A stretch of DNA of 64,000 bases from an uncultured Acidobacteriota bacterium (lineage in GTDB: Bacteria; Acidobacteriota; UBA6911; RPQK01; JAPXNP01), in contig CAVZRV010000029.1 in NCBI GenBank assembly GCA_963777605.1, forward strand, positions 416,001 to 480,000, read 5' to 3'. Below, piece after piece: positions 59,624 through 64,000 of the stretch. Below the pieces are notes generated by a model that made no database searches, was not told where the DNA came from, and saw only the letters and a program-made list of their open reading frames with translations. Within the stretch, counting starts at the first letter, position 1; the number at the start of each line of letters is the position of its first letter. The translations under genes were made by a program, and so were the position numbers.

Positions 59624-60952
59624 ATGAAGCGATGGGGCAGATCGTTGACTTACACAATCTTGGTTTTGGTGGTGATTGCACTCGGAGAGGTTCCAACGAG
59701 CGCCCAGCCGTATGGCTGGGGGCCGTTTGACTTCGGTGAGGACTGGGTTGCACTGGTACCTCCACCCCTGCCTTCGGGACTGAGTGCCAGTCATGTCTTT
59801 GAGGACTGGGGCGTGACGATTTCAAGCGGGTCAGTCCAGGGCCCTCGAACGGGCACACTGTCCGAGGTTCCACACGTCAACCTCGTTACCCCGATTGCAG
59901 CTCCGGTGATTCTCAATGGCTCGGAGTCGGAGGTGAGTGCGGGAGGCATGACCATCAATTTCGATGAACCCGTGCGGCGAGTTTCTTTGAACATGGGAGC
60001 CGAGTCTGAAACCAACGTAGTCGCACGGTTCTTCGATCGGAGTGGGACTTTCCTGGGTGAGGATACGGGGACACTTTACGGCATCTATCCCGACGAATTC
60101 GCCCTGGAGGACGCCGACGGCGCCGGGATCGTTCGTGTGGAGGTGGAATACGAAGAAACGGATGTCCCCGAGGCGCTCAATCTCATCGTCGCCGAATATG
60201 TCGAACCGCGTCCGTTCCAGCGATGTGTCTCTCAGGTGGCGCAGGGTGCGATGCCGTTCGGAGACCGAACTCTCCAAACACTGCTGACGATCACAGGGTC
60301 GTGGAACCGCACGTTTTTCAGGATCCCGGATGGACAGGCTCAGATCTACTCTCTTGAATTCCGAGATCTTGAGGGTGCTCCGTTAACAGTCAACCTCGAT
60401 GGGACTGTGAACAGCGAGTTCGAGTTACTTTCCAGCGGTTATATGCATCGTTATCTGGAATCACGAATTCTTCGGACTTTGGGCTCCGGCAGACCACTGG
60501 ACCAGGGCTATGCCTGCGCCACTTCCAAATATCCCTTCGAACTGGCGGCGGTTTACCGGGTTCTCGATTCAACCAGTGCGCCTCTCGCAGAAGCGGGAAT
60601 CGACAGCTCCATTCCCGGCCAAAGCTTTACCGGCGTTTTCGAAAAGACGCTTGCCGAGGATACGAATACGGCACTGGCGCTGGCGAATGTCTCGGACTCC
60701 GAGGCGACGGCAAGTGTCACGTTCTTCATGAGTCCCAACACGACAATGGAAACAGAAGTGGTCCTCGGTCCGGGAGAACAGGGCGCCTGGTTTGCGGACG
60801 AACTGGCGGAGGCGTTGTCCGGCCGTGATGCCGAAGGGACGGTCGAGATCATCTCGGATGAGCCGGTTGCGGTGACGATCCTTCGAACCATTCAGGGCGT
60901 CGTCTCGGCCAGTCTTCCGCTGCGGAGGGTCCCCGCTGGCCCGGCGAAGTGA
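59624..60952 (+). CDS. Secreted paralogue 2
   Basis: RBS GGAGGAGG; signal peptide; SQVAQG, GYACATSKYP, EAGI, NTALALAN, LRTIQGVVSASLP. Confidence 0.85.
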   Translation: MKRWGRSLTYTILVLVVIALGEVPTSAQPYGWGPFDFGEDWVALVPPPLPSGLSASHVFEDWGVTISSGSVQGPRTGTLSEVPHVNLVTPIAAPVILNGSESEVSAGGMTINFDEPVRRVSLNMGAESETNVVARFFDRSGTFLGEDTGTLYGIYPDEFALEDADGAGIVRVEVEYEETDVPEALNLIVAEYVEPRPFQRCVSQVAQGAMPFGDRTLQTLLTITGSWNRTFFRIPDGQAQIYSLEFRDLEGAPLTVNLDGTVNSEFELLSSGYMHRYLESRILRTLGSGRPLDQGYACATSKYPFELAAVYRVLDSTSAPLAEAGIDSSIPGQSFTGVFEKTLAEDTNTALALANVSDSEATASVTFFMSPNTTMETEVVLGPGEQGAWFADELAEALSGRDAEGTVEIISDEPVAVTILRTIQGVVSASLPLRRVPAGPAK

Positions 60953-61056
60953 CGGCGTCAGCGCCATCGGCAGCGACCCCATCACGCGTGATTGATGGTG
61001 CTCGGCATTTTCTATGTGGCAATCAGAAAGAACAGCAGTTGGAGAGGGCGTTTATT

Positions 61057-62382
61057 ATGATCGGCTTGCGCTTGTTTCGGGCACCCAACGGCACCATCGG
61101 ATGGCTTCTGGCACAGACGGCCTGGATGTGCTGTGCGGGTTTCGCAGTTGCCCAAGTTTCGGAGATCACGGACCCGGCTCAGTTATCCGAGCACGCGGTC
61201 TCCCTTGAATTTGGAGGGGAGCGTCGAGTGGACGTTGCACTGGCCGGTGCGCCGGCCGCGACGGTCTTCAAGAGATGGGGAGTTACGTTTCGCGGTGCCC
61301 CTTCGTCCCCCCCGCTGATTAAAGCCTGGGATAGAAATTGCGGAAGCAACCCTCCCAACTTCATTTCGTTCCTGCGGAACAACAGCCCCGGTGAAGATAT
61401 GAACGATCCTGGCAAAGCGCAGGCTGCTCAGCCACTGATTGTTGATTTCGAGGTTCCCTTAAAGGCCGTTCTCTTTCATCCCCCGGCATACTTATGTTTC
61501 GGTGCATCCCACATGGTCTTCCTGGAAGCCTTTGACCCTCAGGGCACGTCACTGGGAACCGTTGAGCACGATGGATTCTCGGGACCGGTTGGGCTCGAAA
61601 CCAGCTCTCCTCTCGGGATTTCAAAGGTCGTATTCGACTATCGCGATTCAACCCCGGAAGAATTCGAAGCGATTACCATCGACTATTTGGAGGGTGAGCG
61701 GATCTTTACGACTTATCTGGCCCAGATAGGAGCCGGAACGGTGACCTCCGAAAATTCGGAGGATCTCACGCTGTCGACCTCTTTCATTGTCTCCAATCCC
61801 GCCGGCGTCCCGGCCAAGGGACAGATCTCGTTCTTCGATAACGACGGGCAACCCATCGTCTTAAGCCTGGATGGATCCTCGGCCAGCGCATTCGATCTCT
61901 CGTTGGATCCTCTGGAATCGAAGCTTTTGTCGATGGACGACCTCCCGTCTTCCGTGATGCTGGGGTACGCCATCGTCAGCGCGAATACCCCACTCGACAG
62001 TCTCGCGATCTTCTCTGTCTACGATTCATCGGGATTGGAGTTGTCCAACGCCGATGTTGAGGCAACAACCGGTGTTTTTTCTGCGGTCGCTTCGGCGCAG
62101 AAAGTCACCAACGGTCGACTGGACAGTGGCCTGGCCATTGTCAATACCAGCCAGAAGGAAGCCACCATTGAACTAAAGGGGAATGGAATCTGGGCTTGGC
62201 TGACACTGGGCCCGGGAAAGCATGCGGCGCAATTCCTCGCGGAGTTGTTTCCCGAGTTGCTGGACCAGGATTACCAGGGGACGCTGCATATCGTGAGCGA
62301 TCAGCCCCTTGCCGTTGTCGTGCTTCGGACGAGAGCGGGGCTTCCGGTGTCGGCCGTCCCCGTTTCCAGCCTGCAGAAATGA
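61057..62382 (+). CDS. Secreted paralogue 3
   Basis: Signal-like N-terminus; FTTYLAQIGAG, FFDNDGQP, GYA, DSGLAIVN, LRTRAGLPVSAVP. Confidence 0.8.
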   Translation: MIGLRLFRAPNGTIGWLLAQTAWMCCAGFAVAQVSEITDPAQLSEHAVSLEFGGERRVDVALAGAPAATVFKRWGVTFRGAPSSPPLIKAWDRNCGSNPPNFISFLRNNSPGEDMNDPGKAQAAQPLIVDFEVPLKAVLFHPPAYLCFGASHMVFLEAFDPQGTSLGTVEHDGFSGPVGLETSSPLGISKVVFDYRDSTPEEFEAITIDYLEGERIFTTYLAQIGAGTVTSENSEDLTLSTSFIVSNPAGVPAKGQISFFDNDGQPIVLSLDGSSASAFDLSLDPLESKLLSMDDLPSSVMLGYAIVSANTPLDSLAIFSVYDSSGLELSNADVEATTGVFSAVASAQKVTNGRLDSGLAIVNTSQKEATIELKGNGIWAWLTLGPGKHAAQFLAELFPELLDQDYQGTLHIVSDQPLAVVVLRTRAGLPVSAVPVSSLQK

Positions 62383-62495
62383 AAAATGCTCATCAGGATG
62401 ACAAGTCGGCTCAGATTGACTCGCGTCCCGAGTTCGGGAGAACAGAAAGCCTGCGCCGTGAAGAAGCTGTCGTCGAAAGAGAGTTTGGAGCACTC

Positions 62496-63830
62496 ATGAA
62501 TATTCACAAGGTTTTCTTTCTGGTGGGCAGTGTCTTTGCCCTGCTCTCTGCTGTTGCGCTAAGCCCCGTTCATGCAGAGGTCCGGACAACGACGCCCGAT
62601 GCCTTCAGTCAGGACTCTGTCAGCCTGGATTTCTCAAAAGCCACGCTCCTGAACTTCGTCCAAGGGGGCGGGGAAGGTCCCGAGGCCACTGATCTCCTGG
62701 CGGACTGGGGGATTCGGCTGGCCGGATCTCAGGGGGCGATTCCAACAGTGACCTGGTGGACTCCCAAGCCGCCACCGAACGTCCTGCCTCGCTATGATTT
62801 CGTTGCCGAGTTGGCGGCCGACAATGCTGACGAGGATCCGGTTCTGGTCATCGAATCGGTCCACCCTTTGGTCCGGATCGGATTGCATTTGGCGAATGAC
62901 TCGGAGGCGGAATCCGGAGGCCGGCTCCCGGTCACTTTCACGGTTCAGGACGCCGCAGGAGCGGAACTGGGCAGGATTGAGACGACCATTCCGCGAGGCT
63001 CCTCGTCTGTCGTTCTGGAAGACAGCAACCAGGTGCCCTTCTCCAGGGTGACGGTCGACTACGGAGACGGCGAGCCGGAGAAACTCCTCGGAGTCCAACT
63101 GGACTTTGTCGACCGGCCTGTTTTCAAGACCTATCTGGCCCATATCGGCGACGGCAAGCTCCCGAGTGGGGAGAGCCTGAAAAGCTCGATCGTCATCACC
63201 AATCTCAGCACCTCTACCGCCGAGGGATCCATCGAATTCTTCGACGACGAGGGGGAACCGCTCGACATGGAGACACCTTGGGGAACCTGGCGGAACCGGA
63301 TTGATTTTTCCATTTCAGAACGATCCTCGGCGTACTGGATAACGGCAGGCATGACCTATTCGATCCGGGCCGGCTCGGCTCACATCACGACCAATGTGCC
63401 GGTTTCGGCCGCGATCCGCTTTTCGAGCTTCCATCCAAACCAGGAGGTGATCGCCGAGGCCGGCATCGCGTCGAGTCGGGCGGAACAGGCTTTGCTCGCT
63501 CCGGTCTCCAAGCATTCCTTCTCAGGGTTCGTGGGAGGAGGCCTCCCACCTCCGAAGCCCTACTCCACCGCGATCGCGATCGCCAATCTTGCGGATGAAA
63601 CGGTTGAGATTCGGCTCTGGGGCCCCTTGGGCGGCTCGGACGTCGAGAGAGAACTCCCTCCCCGTGGTCATCTCGCCGAGTTTGTGGAGGAGCTGTTTCC
63701 CGCCATGGAGGATGCCGATCTGGACGGTGTCGTTCAGATCTGGGCCTCTCAACCGATCGCGGTCACCGTGCTTCACACTCGAGACGGCTATGCACACGCA
63801 AGTCTACCCGCTACGGGGAGGATCAGATGA
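62496..63830 (+). CDS. Secreted paralogue 4
   Basis: Signal peptide; FKTYLAHIGDG, FFDDEGEP, EAGI, STAIAIAN, LHTRDG..ASLP. Confidence 0.85.
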   Translation: MNIHKVFFLVGSVFALLSAVALSPVHAEVRTTTPDAFSQDSVSLDFSKATLLNFVQGGGEGPEATDLLADWGIRLAGSQGAIPTVTWWTPKPPPNVLPRYDFVAELAADNADEDPVLVIESVHPLVRIGLHLANDSEAESGGRLPVTFTVQDAAGAELGRIETTIPRGSSSVVLEDSNQVPFSRVTVDYGDGEPEKLLGVQLDFVDRPVFKTYLAHIGDGKLPSGESLKSSIVITNLSTSTAEGSIEFFDDEGEPLDMETPWGTWRNRIDFSISERSSAYWITAGMTYSIRAGSAHITTNVPVSAAIRFSSFHPNQEVIAEAGIASSRAEQALLAPVSKHSFSGFVGGGLPPPKPYSTAIAIANLADETVEIRLWGPLGGSDVERELPPRGHLAEFVEELFPAMEDADLDGVVQIWASQPIAVTVLHTRDGYAHASLPATGRIR

Positions 63831-64000
63831 ACAGGATACTGACTACCGCGCTTTTGACCACACTCCTGACCGGTGCCGCGCTGTTGGGACAGAATCTCGG
63901 TGACCAGGCGACCGCGGGTTTTAACGACTCGCGCACCTACCTCAATTCGGACGCCGGGGACTTCAAGCCTCCGCTCGAACTGAACCGGACCTTGAGCCTT
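63827..64000 (+). CDS. Start of a further secreted protein, cut by the window edge
   Basis: ATGA overlap with paralogue 4; MNRILTTALLTTLLTGAALLG-Q signal; open to the end of the window. Confidence 0.6.
   Translation, partial: MNRILTTALLTTLLTGAALLGQNLGDQATAGFNDSRTYLNSDAGDFKPPLELNRTLSL

Noticed and set aside
55348-63830. Paralogues as diversity-generating retroelement targets
   Set aside because: No reverse transcriptase and no near-identical TR/VR pair with adenine-specific differences; divergence looks like ordinary codon drift

Overview
GC-rich (~60%) bacterial chromosome segment, most consistent with Acidobacteriota (inferred from GreA type and gene context). The first ~35 kb is intact housekeeping DNA: enoyl-CoA hydratase, a PD-(D/E)xK-type protein, tatA, selB, ffh-rpsP-khpA-rimM-trmD-rplS, a TPR protein, thiE, argS, His-rich larC-metG-tatD, a polyprenyl synthase, PBP1A, a stand-alone nuoJKLMN-greA operon, thiS-thiG, aroB-menG, an NRAMP-like transporter and an aldo/keto reductase. 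From ~35.8 kb the window is accessory. It holds sugar-processing genes, many indel-broken genes (some probably sequencing errors), true gene fragments around a REP-like repeat junction, an uncharacterised three-gene cluster, truncated otsB with intact otsA, two methyltransferases, and an array of at least four paralogous secreted proteins with variable N-termini and a shared ~220-aa C-terminal module. Best candidates for something undescribed: the paralogue array (55.3-64 kb), the three-gene cluster (49.2-51.8 kb), a 139-nt rod-like hairpin between convergent genes (20678-20816) and the repeat junction (46.0-46.9 kb). No tRNA, rRNA, CRISPR array, integrase, transposase or reverse transcriptase was recognised. 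All family calls come from reading motifs; no database searches were run.
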